This document shows positions 17,169 to 26,370 of a stretch of DNA of 64,000 nucleotides, one piece after another; the stretch's first letter is position 1, and each line of letters opens with the position of its first letter. The stretch lies in assembly GCA_035717985.1 (NCBI GenBank), contig DASTHW010000016.1, positions 1,859-65,858 on the forward strand, written 5' to 3'. Below the pieces are notes generated by a model. That model had not been told where the DNA came from and made no database searches. It worked only from the letters and a program-made list of their open reading frames with translations. A program made the translations under genes and the position numbers. Source of the DNA: Candidatus Saccharimonadales bacterium. GTDB lineage: Bacteria; Patescibacteriota; Saccharimonadia; Saccharimonadales; UBA10212.

Positions 17169-18335
17169 ATGCCTGGCAAAAAAGAGCATAGATCACACCA
17201 CCCCAAACACCAGGCCCACCACCATAAAAAATCAAAAGTAAAAGCGGCGGGCTGGTGGCCGCTGATATCATTTGGGCGGGCCTGGCGGCGCCTGCGTAAG
17301 TCCCGCTGGTGGATACGTTGGCCAGCTTATATCATCATCGCTTATGCCGTTATTGTTTCTGTTAGCTGGCTAGTTGACGAGGCTATGCCCAAGGTGAAAG
17401 ACCCGCAGTTTGGCGTCAGCTTTTCTATAGAGTACGCCGAGGAGCTAGGTAATAACTGGCGGGCCAATTACCAAGCTCTGCTTAACGACTTAGGCTTTAA
17501 GCGCCTGCGTTTAATGAGCTATTGGGAACTAGTTGAGCCCCAAAAAGGCAAATACGACTTTAAGGATCTGGATTGGCAGTTTGCCCAGGCCAATGCGCAT
17601 CACGCCAAGATAACCTTAGCCATCGGCCTGCGCCAGCCGCGCTGGCCGGAGTGCCACGAACCCAATTGGGCCAAGGCCGACCCCATTGAAAGTGCCGCCT
17701 GGAAGGCCAACCTTTATTCATTTATCACTACCGTAGTTAACCACTACAAAAATAACCCGGCGCTAGAGAGCTACCAGCTGGAAAACGAGCCGGAGAACAA
17801 TTGGTTTGGCGGTTGCCGAGAGGGTGCCGCGCCTAAGAGCCGGCTTAGCTATGAGTTCAACATGGTTAAAAAGCTGGACCCATCTCACCCGGTTTGGATG
17901 AGCCTGAGCGACGAGCACGGTCTGCCGCTGGGTAAGCCAGTGCCGGACGCCTACGGCTTTTCTATTTACCGGGTAGTTTATAGTACCAACACGCCTATTC
18001 ACTTTTATATAACTTACCCGATAACCGACTGGTATCACCGCCTGCGCGTCTGGCTGATAAAAGAGATCCAGCACCGCCCCGTATACGTGCACGAGCTTCA
18101 GCTGGAGCCATGGGGCTCTAAGCCGACCGAAGATCTGACCATTGCTCAGCAGAATAAATCAATGAGTGTAGCCCAAATCCATAAAAGCATTGCCTATTCA
18201 GAGAAAACCGGTATACGCCTGCAATATATGTGGGGCGGCGAGTGGTGGTACTGGCGCAAGACCCACTTTAATGACTCCGGCCCCTGGAACGCCATCAAAG
18301 AAGAGTTAAAAGCCGCCCAAGCAAACAGTAATTAA
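17169..18335 (+). CDS. membrane-anchored glycoside hydrolase, clan GH-A (GH5-like TIM barrel)
   Basis: 388 aa with a His/Lys-rich N-terminus, then a TM segment (YIIIAYAVIVSVSWL). The acid/base-type motif LENEPEN follows NHYKNNPALESYQ. The family call is tentative. Confidence 0.6.
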   Translation: MPGKKEHRSHHPKHQAHHHKKSKVKAAGWWPLISFGRAWRRLRKSRWWIRWPAYIIIAYAVIVSVSWLVDEAMPKVKDPQFGVSFSIEYAEELGNNWRANYQALLNDLGFKRLRLMSYWELVEPQKGKYDFKDLDWQFAQANAHHAKITLAIGLRQPRWPECHEPNWAKADPIESAAWKANLYSFITTVVNHYKNNPALESYQLENEPENNWFGGCREGAAPKSRLSYEFNMVKKLDPSHPVWMSLSDEHGLPLGKPVPDAYGFSIYRVVYSTNTPIHFYITYPITDWYHRLRVWLIKEIQHRPVYVHELQLEPWGSKPTEDLTIAQQNKSMSVAQIHKSIAYSEKTGIRLQYMWGGEWWYWRKTHFNDSGPWNAIKEELKAAQANSN

Positions 18336-18376
18336 CTAAGTAGCAAGTAGGCCCGCACAGCGCTTATACTATTTCT

Positions 18377-18832
18377 ATGGCTAAAAAGACTAAGCCGGAC
18401 AAGAGAATCGTCAACCGAAGGGCCCGCTACGACTACGAGCTGGGTGATTCTTTAAGTGTGGGCTTAGTTTTAAGTGGGGCCGAGACTAAGGCTCTGCGCC
18501 TAGGCCACGGCCAACTGCGCGGCGCCTTTGTGACCATCAAAGACGGAGAGCTGTGGCTTACCGGTGCCCAAATTAACCCGGCGCCCGGCATTTATATCAC
18601 CCCAGATGATCAAGTCCGTTCGCGTAAGCTTTTGGCTAAAAAGAGAGAGATAGACCAGCTGACGGCGGCCCGCAAGGAGGGCCGCACGATTGTGCCGCTA
18701 GAGATACAGACCGGCGGCCGGTATATCAAGCTTAAAATTGCCATCGGCAAGGGCAAGCGCCGCTATGACAAACGCGAGACGATTAAGCGCCGCCAACAGC
18801 AACGCGATATCGCCAGAGAAGGTAAAATATAA
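18377..18832 (+). CDS. smpB: SsrA-binding protein
   Basis: 151 aa with NRRARYDYEL and GAETKALR, and a basic C-terminal tail. Confidence 0.9.
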   Translation: MAKKTKPDKRIVNRRARYDYELGDSLSVGLVLSGAETKALRLGHGQLRGAFVTIKDGELWLTGAQINPAPGIYITPDDQVRSRKLLAKKREIDQLTAARKEGRTIVPLEIQTGGRYIKLKIAIGKGKRRYDKRETIKRRQQQRDIAREGKI

Positions 18833-18896
18833 GAGCTATGAATAAATTCGCATTTGAAATTTATGCAAGGCGACGGCGACCAGCGGAGCGAGCTGT

Positions 18897-19793
18897 ATGA
18901 ATAAATACAGTGAGCGAGCACCGCAGCCGACAACGAAGCAGAAACTCGAAAGTCTTACCGGTGCGACCGGCTCTGCCGGGCGGCAGGGGAAGACGGTGCG
19001 GATTTATTCATGGAATGTTAATGGAATTAGAGCCGTAGTTAGAAAAGGCGCTCTGCAAGAATTTATGGCCCAGTGCCAGCCGGACATCCTCTGCCTGCAG
19101 GAAACTAAAGCCCAGCAAGGCCAAGCCGAAATTGACTTTGGGGGTTATGAGGAGTATTGGAATAGCGCCAGCAAATTAGGCTACTCCGGCACGGCCATTT
19201 TTACTCGTATCAAGCCGCTGAAAGTTATTAACGGCTTTCCAGAAGGTTTTGCTAAAAAATATGACTTCGTAGATGACAAAACCCGCGACGCCGCCAGCGA
19301 GGGCAGGGTGCTAACGGCCGAGTTCGACAAATTTTATCTAGTCACCGTTTATACCATCAATGCCAAAGACGACCTATCGCGCTTAGACCTTAAGTACAAG
19401 CACTGGGACCCAGCCTTTTTGGCCTACGTGAAACAGCTTGAAAAGACAAAACCTGTCATATTCTGCGGTGACTTAAATGTGGCCCACACTGAAGACGACC
19501 TAGCCAACCCCAAGCCCAACCGCGGTAAAAAAGGCTTTACCGACGAGGAGCGCGAAGGCTTTCAAAACTATCTGGACAATGGCTTTATAGATACTTTTAG
19601 ATTGTTCAAACAGGGCAATGGTTATTACAGTTGGTGGAGCCACTTTGCCAACGCCCGGGCCCGTAATGTAGGCTGGCGGATTGATTATTTTTTGGCTAGC
19701 GCCGGTTTAAAGGGCAAGATAAAATCAGCTGATATTCACCCCAAATTTATGGGCTCCGACCACTGCCCAATCAGCCTCGAACTAGACATATGA
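18897..19793 (+). CDS. xth: exodeoxyribonuclease III
   Basis: Contains SWNVNGIRA, LCLQETK, GDLNVAH and GSDHCP. The first 33 codons are non-conserved, and the GTG at 18996 is an alternative start. Confidence 0.85.
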   Translation: MNKYSERAPQPTTKQKLESLTGATGSAGRQGKTVRIYSWNVNGIRAVVRKGALQEFMAQCQPDILCLQETKAQQGQAEIDFGGYEEYWNSASKLGYSGTAIFTRIKPLKVINGFPEGFAKKYDFVDDKTRDAASEGRVLTAEFDKFYLVTVYTINAKDDLSRLDLKYKHWDPAFLAYVKQLEKTKPVIFCGDLNVAHTEDDLANPKPNRGKKGFTDEEREGFQNYLDNGFIDTFRLFKQGNGYYSWWSHFANARARNVGWRIDYFLASAGLKGKIKSADIHPKFMGSDHCPISLELDI

Positions 19794-20347
19794 GAACGGT
19801 AGCTATTATCCCCGGCTGGTCAGAGGGAAATTGGCACATAAATCAGTTTGCTAAGGCTCTACCGGATGGCTGGGAGCTTGCTAGTGAGCCAGATAAAGCA
19901 GATATTGTCATTGCTCACTCCTCTGGTTGCTATAGCCTACCTAAACTGGGCAAAACTAATCTGACTATATTAATAGGCCCGCCCTATGACCCAGGGCGGT
20001 CGATATTTATGTGCATCTGGCAAAATATCATCGGCGATTTGCCCAGCCAGCTAAGGTGGTGGGGCCTAGCCAAGCTGGTGCGCGTGCGGCTGGCTAACTG
20101 CTGGTATGCGCTAAGGTATCCTCTGCGTCATATAAAAATTTGGCGGTCACTGCGCCAAACGTTTTTAATCGCCGTTGAAAATAGCGAAACTCTAGTCATT
20201 AGAAATAACTCGGATGCATTCTGCAGTGAGCAGATCAAAATTTTAGTGAAGGATTATAAGAATATCCGTCTAGTCGAGCTGGCCGGCCTGCACGAGGACT
20301 GCTGGATACACCCGAAAACTTATGTAGCCCTGCTGGCTCGATTTTAA
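19790..20347 (+). CDS. putative serine hydrolase (YdeN/RBBP9-like small alpha/beta hydrolase)
   Basis: 185 aa with the motif VIAHSSGC, resembling the family GHSxGC nucleophile elbow. It overlaps xth by 4 nt (ATGA). Confidence 0.45.
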   Translation: MRTVAIIPGWSEGNWHINQFAKALPDGWELASEPDKADIVIAHSSGCYSLPKLGKTNLTILIGPPYDPGRSIFMCIWQNIIGDLPSQLRWWGLAKLVRVRLANCWYALRYPLRHIKIWRSLRQTFLIAVENSETLVIRNNSDAFCSEQIKILVKDYKNIRLVELAGLHEDCWIHPKTYVALLARF

Positions 20348-21084
20348 GCTGTTTTCCGCCTGATGCTGGCGGCTCCAAGTAGTAGTGAGGCAATGACGAA
20401 AGAAGCTACTACGACGCTGTCGCGCCAAAAGAAAGTTCCCGCCGGGCTGGCTTTTTGAGCGATAAGCTGTAAGGCTTCTACGCCGTAGGTCAGGGGCAAA
20501 ATTTCCGACAGTCTATAAAGCCAGTGGGCCATCTGCTCTCGTGGTAGCAATAGCCCGCATAATAAGAACTGCGGCATTATGACTGCCGGCAAAAACTGTA
20601 CGGAATGGAATTCAGTCTTAGCATAGGCGCTGACGAAAAGGCCCATAGCCATGCCGAGTATGCCATCTAATATGCAAATTAGGACTACTAGCGGCTGGGG
20701 ACCGGCAACGTGCAAATTCAAAAGATACAGAGCGACAGCCGACACCAAGATAGCCTGGATGATAGCCATGATGGTAAAAGCTATAGCGTAGCCTAAGACA
20801 AACTCGGCTTTATTTATCGGTGTCACAAGCAGTCTATCAAGCGTGCCCCGAGTCCGTTCCCTAAGTGTCGCGACCGAAGCCACAACAAACATCATCACCA
20901 GCGGAAAAATACCGAGCATGGGGGCCCCGACTTTATTGAACATGGCAGAGTTATGGAGATACATGAATTTTAAAATAACTTCCAGCATAATCGGCACCAT
21001 CACAATGAGAGCGATGGACGGCTTGTCGTGACGGAGTTGCGCCAGAACACGGCTAGCAGTAGCTAGAAGCCTGCGCGCCTTCAT
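20344..21084 (-). CDS. ABC-2 type transporter permease
   Basis: 246 aa with six hydrophobic segments. It is translationally coupled to the upstream ATPase by a 4-nt overlap. Confidence 0.75.
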   Translation of the reverse strand: MKARRLLATASRVLAQLRHDKPSIALIVMVPIMLEVILKFMYLHNSAMFNKVGAPMLGIFPLVMMFVVASVATLRERTRGTLDRLLVTPINKAEFVLGYAIAFTIMAIIQAILVSAVALYLLNLHVAGPQPLVVLICILDGILGMAMGLFVSAYAKTEFHSVQFLPAVIMPQFLLCGLLLPREQMAHWLYRLSEILPLTYGVEALQLIAQKASPAGTFFWRDSVVVASFVIASLLLGAASIRRKTA

Positions 21085-21797
21085 GCCCCTGCGCCTTCTA
21101 ATTTCAGAAACACTTCTTCCATTGATTTTGATCCCGTACTTTCAAGTAGGTACGCTGGCCTTTCATAGGCCAAAATCTGCCCGTTCTTTATCAGCATTAC
21201 TCGGTCACAGTGCATAGACTCCGTCAAGTCATGGCTGGATACTAAGAAGGTCGCCCCTTGGCTGGCAAGGTGCCTGAAATAACGCCACAATTCGATCCGC
21301 AAGATTGGATCTAGACCGCTAGTCGGCTCGTCAAGCAAGATGAATTCCGGCCGGCCCAAAAGGGCTATAGCCAGCGAAATCCGAGCTTGCTGACCACCCG
21401 ACATATCCGCCAGAAGTTGGTCGGAATGGTCAGCCATATTGAGTTGTTCGAGTAGCTCCTTTGACTGCATTGCGGGCGCGTTAACGATCCTGCCAAAATA
21501 TTTTAAATTCTCATAACCAGTCAGGTCGGTATAATAACCGTGATTCTGAGACATGTAGCTGACTAAGTTACGAGCCCTCAAAGTGCCGCTGTGGTGGTGG
21601 AGAATATGAATGGAGCCAGACTTTATTTTCTGCAAACCGATGAGCGATCTAATTAACGTGGTTTTGCCTGCACCAGAAGGTCCAAAAAGACCGACTATCT
21701 CTCCACTCTCAATTTCAAAATTAATGTCACTTAGGATGGTTCTATGCTTTCGGTCAACTCTTAAGTTATGGACGTTCACGGCCGAATGCATAAGCAT
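21081..21797 (-). CDS. ABC transporter ATP-binding protein
   Basis: Walker A GPSGAGKTT, signature MSGGQQ, and Walker B ILLDEPTSGLD. Confidence 0.9.
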   Translation of the reverse strand: MLMHSAVNVHNLRVDRKHRTILSDINFEIESGEIVGLFGPSGAGKTTLIRSLIGLQKIKSGSIHILHHHSGTLRARNLVSYMSQNHGYYTDLTGYENLKYFGRIVNAPAMQSKELLEQLNMADHSDQLLADMSGGQQARISLAIALLGRPEFILLDEPTSGLDPILRIELWRYFRHLASQGATFLVSSHDLTESMHCDRVMLIKNGQILAYERPAYLLESTGSKSMEEVFLKLEGAGA

Positions 21798-21872
21798 AAT
21801 TCTAGCATGATCACTTCTTACCTTAGAATCTGACCCTCTTTGGACTTCACCCGAAACTGCTACAATCGGAGT

Positions 21873-22592
21873 ATGAGTGAAGTTAGGAAATTTGCAGTAT
21901 TTGATATAGACGGAACATTAATTAGGTGGCAGTTATACCACGCCCTGGCTGATCAACTAGTTAAGCTAGGCCATATTGATTCCTCGGCCTTTCAATCTAT
22001 AAGCGAGGCGCGAATGGATTGGAAACGCCGCGAGCGCAGTGATTCTTTTAAACTCTATGAGACAAAACTAGTAAAGCTATACAGCAAGGCGATGAGCCAG
22101 ATAACGCCGGCCCAGTTCGACCAGGCCGCCGAGCAAGTGTTCGAAGAATATAAGGACCAAGTTTATACCTATACCCGGCAGTTAATAAAAAAACTGAGAA
22201 CTAAGGGTTATCTACTATTCGCAATTTCCGGCTCGCAGGTGGAATTAATCAGTAAAATTGCTGATTACTACGGCTTTGACGACTTTGTCGGTACGCAGTA
22301 TGTGCGTCGCGGCGGCAAATTTACTGGCGAAGTTAAGGCGCCCCTAGGTAAAAAAGACCAGGTTCTAAAAGAGATGGTTAAACAGCACGGTGCCAGCTGG
22401 GCCGGGTCTATTGGTGTTGGAGACAGCCAGGGTGATATCAAAATGATGTCGGCCACAGAGCGGCCGATCGCCTTCAACCCGGAGCGTGAGCTGTTTGAAC
22501 ATGCCAAAGCCCACGGCTGGCCGATAGTAATTGAGAGAAAAAACATGTTTTACGAGCTGGAGACTAAGGGTGAATCCTTCGTATTGGCATAA
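21873..22592 (+). CDS. HAD-IB family hydrolase (SerB-like phosphatase)
   Basis: Motif I FDIDGTL, motif III/IV GVGDSQGDIKMM. The start is moved to the ATG at 21873; the track starts at a TTG at 21840. Confidence 0.75.
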   Translation: MSEVRKFAVFDIDGTLIRWQLYHALADQLVKLGHIDSSAFQSISEARMDWKRRERSDSFKLYETKLVKLYSKAMSQITPAQFDQAAEQVFEEYKDQVYTYTRQLIKKLRTKGYLLFAISGSQVELISKIADYYGFDDFVGTQYVRRGGKFTGEVKAPLGKKDQVLKEMVKQHGASWAGSIGVGDSQGDIKMMSATERPIAFNPERELFEHAKAHGWPIVIERKNMFYELETKGESFVLA

Positions 22593-23367
22593 ACAGACAG
22601 TCGACCAGCCGCTGTTTGACCAGCTGATTTGGAGCAAGCCGGAAAATAAGAAGCAAGCCGGCAAACTGCTGATTGTCGGCGGCAATGTTCACTCTGTCAC
22701 GGCGCCGGCACTAGCCTACCAGGCGGCCGTACACGCCGGTATCGGCAGTGCCCGGGTAATCTTGCCCGACGCCATCGCCAAAACCATCGGTAAAAACTTT
22801 GAGGAGGGCTCGTTTGCGTTTAGTACACCATCGGGCAGTTTTGCCAAGACAGCCGTCAACCGCGTACTGGAAGAGCGGGATTGGGCTGAGGCTGTTTTGT
22901 TAGCCGGCGATTTTGGCCGCAATAGTGAGACGGCTATATTTTTAGAGCAGTTACTGGAAAAGTATAAAGGTCCGCTAGTCATGGCCCAGGACAGCCTCGA
23001 TTATTTCACCCAAGACATAGATAAGATGATAAAGAGACCAGATACTTTGATGGTCGCCAGCATGAGTCGACTGCAAAAGATGACCAGAGCCGGCATGCCC
23101 TCCATAATCATCCGCCACTCCATGACCCTGCACGCCCTGGTGGGCCTGCTAAACAGCTGGACCCGAGAAAGTGGCGCTAAAATTCTGACCTACCATAATG
23201 ACAACTTTATCTATGCCGAAGCCGGGCAGGTAAGTACGACTCTAAAAGCCGGTGCCGAAAACTGGGAAGTGCCGCTGTCCGCTTATGCTAGCGTCTGGCG
23301 GATTCAGCACGCCGCCAAAGGCTTTGAAGCCGTCACCACCGCCATCTGGGACTACGCCAGAGATTAA
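22570..23367 (+). CDS. YjeF C-terminal / ribokinase-like fold protein (tentative)
   Basis: KLLIVGGNVHSVTAPALAYQAAVHAGIGSARVILPD resembles the N-terminus of the NAD(P)HX-dehydratase domain, but no C-terminal GxGD motif is seen. The start is set to the GTG at 22570, which follows GGAG. Confidence 0.4.
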   Translation: MNPSYWHKQTVDQPLFDQLIWSKPENKKQAGKLLIVGGNVHSVTAPALAYQAAVHAGIGSARVILPDAIAKTIGKNFEEGSFAFSTPSGSFAKTAVNRVLEERDWAEAVLLAGDFGRNSETAIFLEQLLEKYKGPLVMAQDSLDYFTQDIDKMIKRPDTLMVASMSRLQKMTRAGMPSIIIRHSMTLHALVGLLNSWTRESGAKILTYHNDNFIYAEAGQVSTTLKAGAENWEVPLSAYASVWRIQHAAKGFEAVTTAIWDYARD

Positions 23368-23379
23368 TATGTAGAGTTT

Positions 23380-23760
23380 TTAGGGCTTTTTTGACCAGGC
23401 TAAAGCCCGTCGAGACGAGTGCCGCCTTTTGACCCTATGTTTGATTTTGCGATGCTCCTCCATCTGCGCATAAGTAAAACTGGCTCCGGCTAAAGCCGCG
23501 GCCACCATAGCCATAAAAAGATAGGTTTCAATTTCAGCCCCGAAGACATGAATATTTAAAACGTGCTGGGGATGATAATTCCAAGCTCCCCAGCGCCTAG
23601 CAAAATATTCAAATACAGTAATGGGTAGGGTAATGATTACAAAAACTGCAATGTACTTCCAGTGGCGTTTAAGGAAGCCGCCGTGGCGATACCAGATCCG
23701 AAAGTTTCCAATACCAGCGAAGAAAATCGTTGTGTAGAGATATAGCCAGTGACTATTCAT
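23380..23760 (-). CDS. lycopene-cyclase-domain-like membrane protein (second subunit)
   Basis: 126 aa from the ATG at 23760, in a TGAgATG junction with the upstream ORF. It has three TM segments and GAEIETYLFMA, which is weakly like the PxEE motif. Confidence 0.4.
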   Translation of the reverse strand: MNSHWLYLYTTIFFAGIGNFRIWYRHGGFLKRHWKYIAVFVIITLPITVFEYFARRWGAWNYHPQHVLNIHVFGAEIETYLFMAMVAAALAGASFTYAQMEEHRKIKHRVKRRHSSRRALAWSKKP

Positions 23761-23761
23761 C

Positions 23762-24094
23762 TCAAAATTTCCATTTCTTGATGAACCGATGCCTGAAAAG
23801 AAGAGCCAATGAAACAATATAGATTGTGAAGGTTATCATAAAAAATACTTCTTCCCAGGGAATATTTCCTAAATGCCCAGCAATGCAACAGCCGGCCGGG
23901 AAATACCAGGTTTTTGACCAGACCGCAAACCAATCCCAAGGGATAGCTAAAATCAAGACAATAATGATGCACCTTATGAAGGTTCTGGGATATTTAGATA
24001 GGATTTTATAAAAGAATAGCCAAAGTATGACGGTGGGCACCCAGCAAAACCAAAACAATACTTCAATGTATGGATGTGTTATCAAAAAGTGCAT
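23762..24094 (-). CDS. lycopene cyclase domain-containing membrane protein
   Basis: 110 aa with three TM segments and the motif GNIPWEEVFFMITF, matching the cyclase-domain hPhEE signature. Confidence 0.55.
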   Translation of the reverse strand: MHFLITHPYIEVLFWFCWVPTVILWLFFYKILSKYPRTFIRCIIIVLILAIPWDWFAVWSKTWYFPAGCCIAGHLGNIPWEEVFFMITFTIYIVSLALLFRHRFIKKWKF

Positions 24095-24149
24095 TTTTGT
24101 TTTTATTTATGCTTAAGCTAAGTTAACTATACCCGACAGGTAGAGTCAA

Positions 24150-24896
24150 TCAACATCGGCTAGAGCGCCGCCGGCGATCGCGCACAATCTGCCTTGCCGC
24201 TCTGAAAAGCAGATTCAACGAAGTAGAGAGTCCTATTTCTTTTACTCCTTCAAAGATGTCTGGCGCCATGTTCCGCGCCATCATGAGCCTGTTCTTAGCC
24301 GATGGCTCGACAGACACCAAGCCTTCGTCATAATCAGCTTTAATGTCGGCGATGGCATCAATACCGGTTGAAAGACGCCCAGCATGCCTAAAGAAGAGCG
24401 TAAAATCACGGAAATTTGCCTGCCGCCTATCATTGGGGGTAACGATCTGTAGAAACATGGTAGCCTGCATTTGGCCGATTAACCGAGCCTTGCGGGCGTA
24501 TTCTTTGGGGTCTTGAGTCTCGCGCCAGCTGTCGCAAACCTTCATAATCTGTAATCCCTTACGAAGGAAAATATCGGACTGTTCGTCAGAGATAGAGTTT
24601 CTTAGTGCCAAGCCGTGCGCCAGTGCCTGATCGCCAAGAGCCATATTTCTATCGCCGCCACAACTGACGGGACCGAAAATAGTTCTCAGGTTGTTGGCTA
24701 CTGTTTCGGCCGGTACTAAACCGCTATCAAGGGCCTTGTCGACGTAATATATAAGAAGATTGGCATGCTTCCAGGCTGTAATCGTCTCCGGGCTGAAAGC
24801 TACGCCGTGAGTTTTTAGTGCTAGCTCTCCGGAGAAATCTATAACTTTCTCATACATCTCAAGAGCACTAGCTTCAAGGCGCTCACTACTTATCAT
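24150..24896 (-). CDS. squalene/phytoene-synthase-like class 1 isoprenoid enzyme (tentative)
   Basis: 248 aa, predicted all-helical, with two Asp-rich segments (YYVDKALD and AIADIKADYDEG) at spacing reminiscent of trans-isoprenyl diphosphate synthase head-to-head enzymes. Confidence 0.4.
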   Translation of the reverse strand: MISSERLEASALEMYEKVIDFSGELALKTHGVAFSPETITAWKHANLLIYYVDKALDSGLVPAETVANNLRTIFGPVSCGGDRNMALGDQALAHGLALRNSISDEQSDIFLRKGLQIMKVCDSWRETQDPKEYARKARLIGQMQATMFLQIVTPNDRRQANFRDFTLFFRHAGRLSTGIDAIADIKADYDEGLVSVEPSAKNRLMMARNMAPDIFEGVKEIGLSTSLNLLFRAARQIVRDRRRRSSRC

Positions 24897-24985
24897 AGTA
24901 GCATATTCTACAACTTTATGTATAAAATGTCAATGTGTAGGCTGGCTTGGAGGGCTATGAAAAATACCTATTGAAGAACATTTGA

Positions 24986-25070
24986 TGGTGGGTGAGGAGG
25001 GAATCGAACCCTCAATCCGTAAGGAACACGATTTTGAGTCGTGCGCGTATACCAGTTCCGCCACTCACCC
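24986..25070 (-). tRNA. tRNA-Leu (anticodon CAA), CCA encoded
   Basis: I folded it by hand. Acceptor GGGTGAG/CTCACCC, anticodon stem CACGA/TCGTG, loop CTCAAAA, long variable arm, T-arm GAGGG-TTCGATT-CCCTC, 3' ACCA. Confidence 0.9.
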
Positions 25071-25145
25071 GGATGTGCTAGAAAACTTACAGTAACAGGG
25101 TAATAACAGGTGTTATTGTACAATAAACTATAGAATTATCTAAAT

Positions 25146-26366
25146 ATGGACGACACCTATAAGCTCACCAATGACGCTCAATTACCTCTGCCTGGGCCGG
25201 GAGGCTCTGCCGGCAATGCCGATAGCGGCCAAGACCAGGCCGTGGAGCTTATCCGGAAAAAAATTAATAGTCTTTACGCTAGCGAGCCACCGGCCGTAGA
25301 CGAAAAGCAGGATTTAGCTAAAATCACGCCTGAGGCCACCCCGTCTAAGCATCAAGACTTCATCCGGCATTTGCTATCCAGCGGTAAGCCCCTGGAAACT
25401 ATCCAGACCGAGTGGCATGAATACTATTTGGGTCTTAGTGATGTTGATAAACACCAGGTTTGGCAGGAATTTTATAATATCCATAACCAAGCCGCTCGCT
25501 GGCGGCCAAGTGAGCCACAGATGGCGCCGGGCGCGAAACCAGCTGTTTTACCCCGGCCTAAGCCGTCTACCTCAAAAACTGTAGCTGACGTTTTAGAAGC
25601 CGCCGGCATTGAAAGCTTGCGGCACAAACTGCCTAAGGCCATTGCTGGCCGGCGCCTTAGCCTAAAAGAGCACTTGCAATCGCTAGCATACGGCCTAAGT
25701 GTGGGTTGTTTAGTGATAGTTGTTTTAATGTTTAGCTTTTTTAACCAGAAATTTATCGCGCCATTAATCCAGCCCAGCCGGGATGTTACCAACATCCCGC
25801 TGATTGTCTCCGGCACTGTCGGCAGTAAGCCGGAGCTGATTGTACCTAAAATTAATCTAGAAGTACCGGTTATCTACAGAGTGGATACGATTAATGAGCA
25901 GGCTGTCCAAAATGCGCTGGAGAGCGGCGTCGTTCACTACGCCGACACGGCTATGCCCGGCCAAGACGGTAACCTGGTCATTGTCGGCCACTCGTCCAAC
26001 AATATTCTTAACCCAGGGCGGTTTAAGTTTGCCTTTGTGCTATTGCATGACCTGCAGGTAGGTGATACCTTTTTCATCCAAAAAGACGGCAAACGCTACA
26101 CTTATCAGGTTTACGAGCGTAAAATCGTTAGCCCGACCGATGTATCAGTGCTGGGCCCAGCCGATAAACCGGCTACCGCTTCATTAATTACCTGCGATCC
26201 GCCAGGCACCAGCAATAACCGCCTGGTGGTCATCGGCCAGCAAATCAGCCCTGACCCATCCTCAAACATTGCCGCCAACGCTCATCAAAACAGCCTGGCC
26301 GTTACCAGTCAAACTATTCCCGGCAATTCACCCAGTTTGTGGTCAAGAATCACTAGCGGCTTATAG
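25146..26366 (+). CDS. sortase family transpeptidase with long N-terminal cytoplasmic region and one TM segment
   Basis: Catalytic-domain motifs NLVIVGHSS and ASLITCDPPG (TLxTC-type Cys), plus NRLVV. The TM segment is LSVGCLVIVVLMFSFF. Confidence 0.8.
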   Translation: MDDTYKLTNDAQLPLPGPGGSAGNADSGQDQAVELIRKKINSLYASEPPAVDEKQDLAKITPEATPSKHQDFIRHLLSSGKPLETIQTEWHEYYLGLSDVDKHQVWQEFYNIHNQAARWRPSEPQMAPGAKPAVLPRPKPSTSKTVADVLEAAGIESLRHKLPKAIAGRRLSLKEHLQSLAYGLSVGCLVIVVLMFSFFNQKFIAPLIQPSRDVTNIPLIVSGTVGSKPELIVPKINLEVPVIYRVDTINEQAVQNALESGVVHYADTAMPGQDGNLVIVGHSSNNILNPGRFKFAFVLLHDLQVGDTFFIQKDGKRYTYQVYERKIVSPTDVSVLGPADKPATASLITCDPPGTSNNRLVVIGQQISPDPSSNIAANAHQNSLAVTSQTIPGNSPSLWSRITSGL

Positions 26367-26370
26367 CTGG

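Noticed and set aside
18838-19011. ATGAATAAAT occurs twice directly (18838-18847 and 18897-18906) and once inverted (19002-19011) around the xth start.
   Set aside because: 10-mer repeats of AT-rich sequence at this distance are expected several times per window by chance. No flanking features suggest an element. It matters only for start-codon choice.
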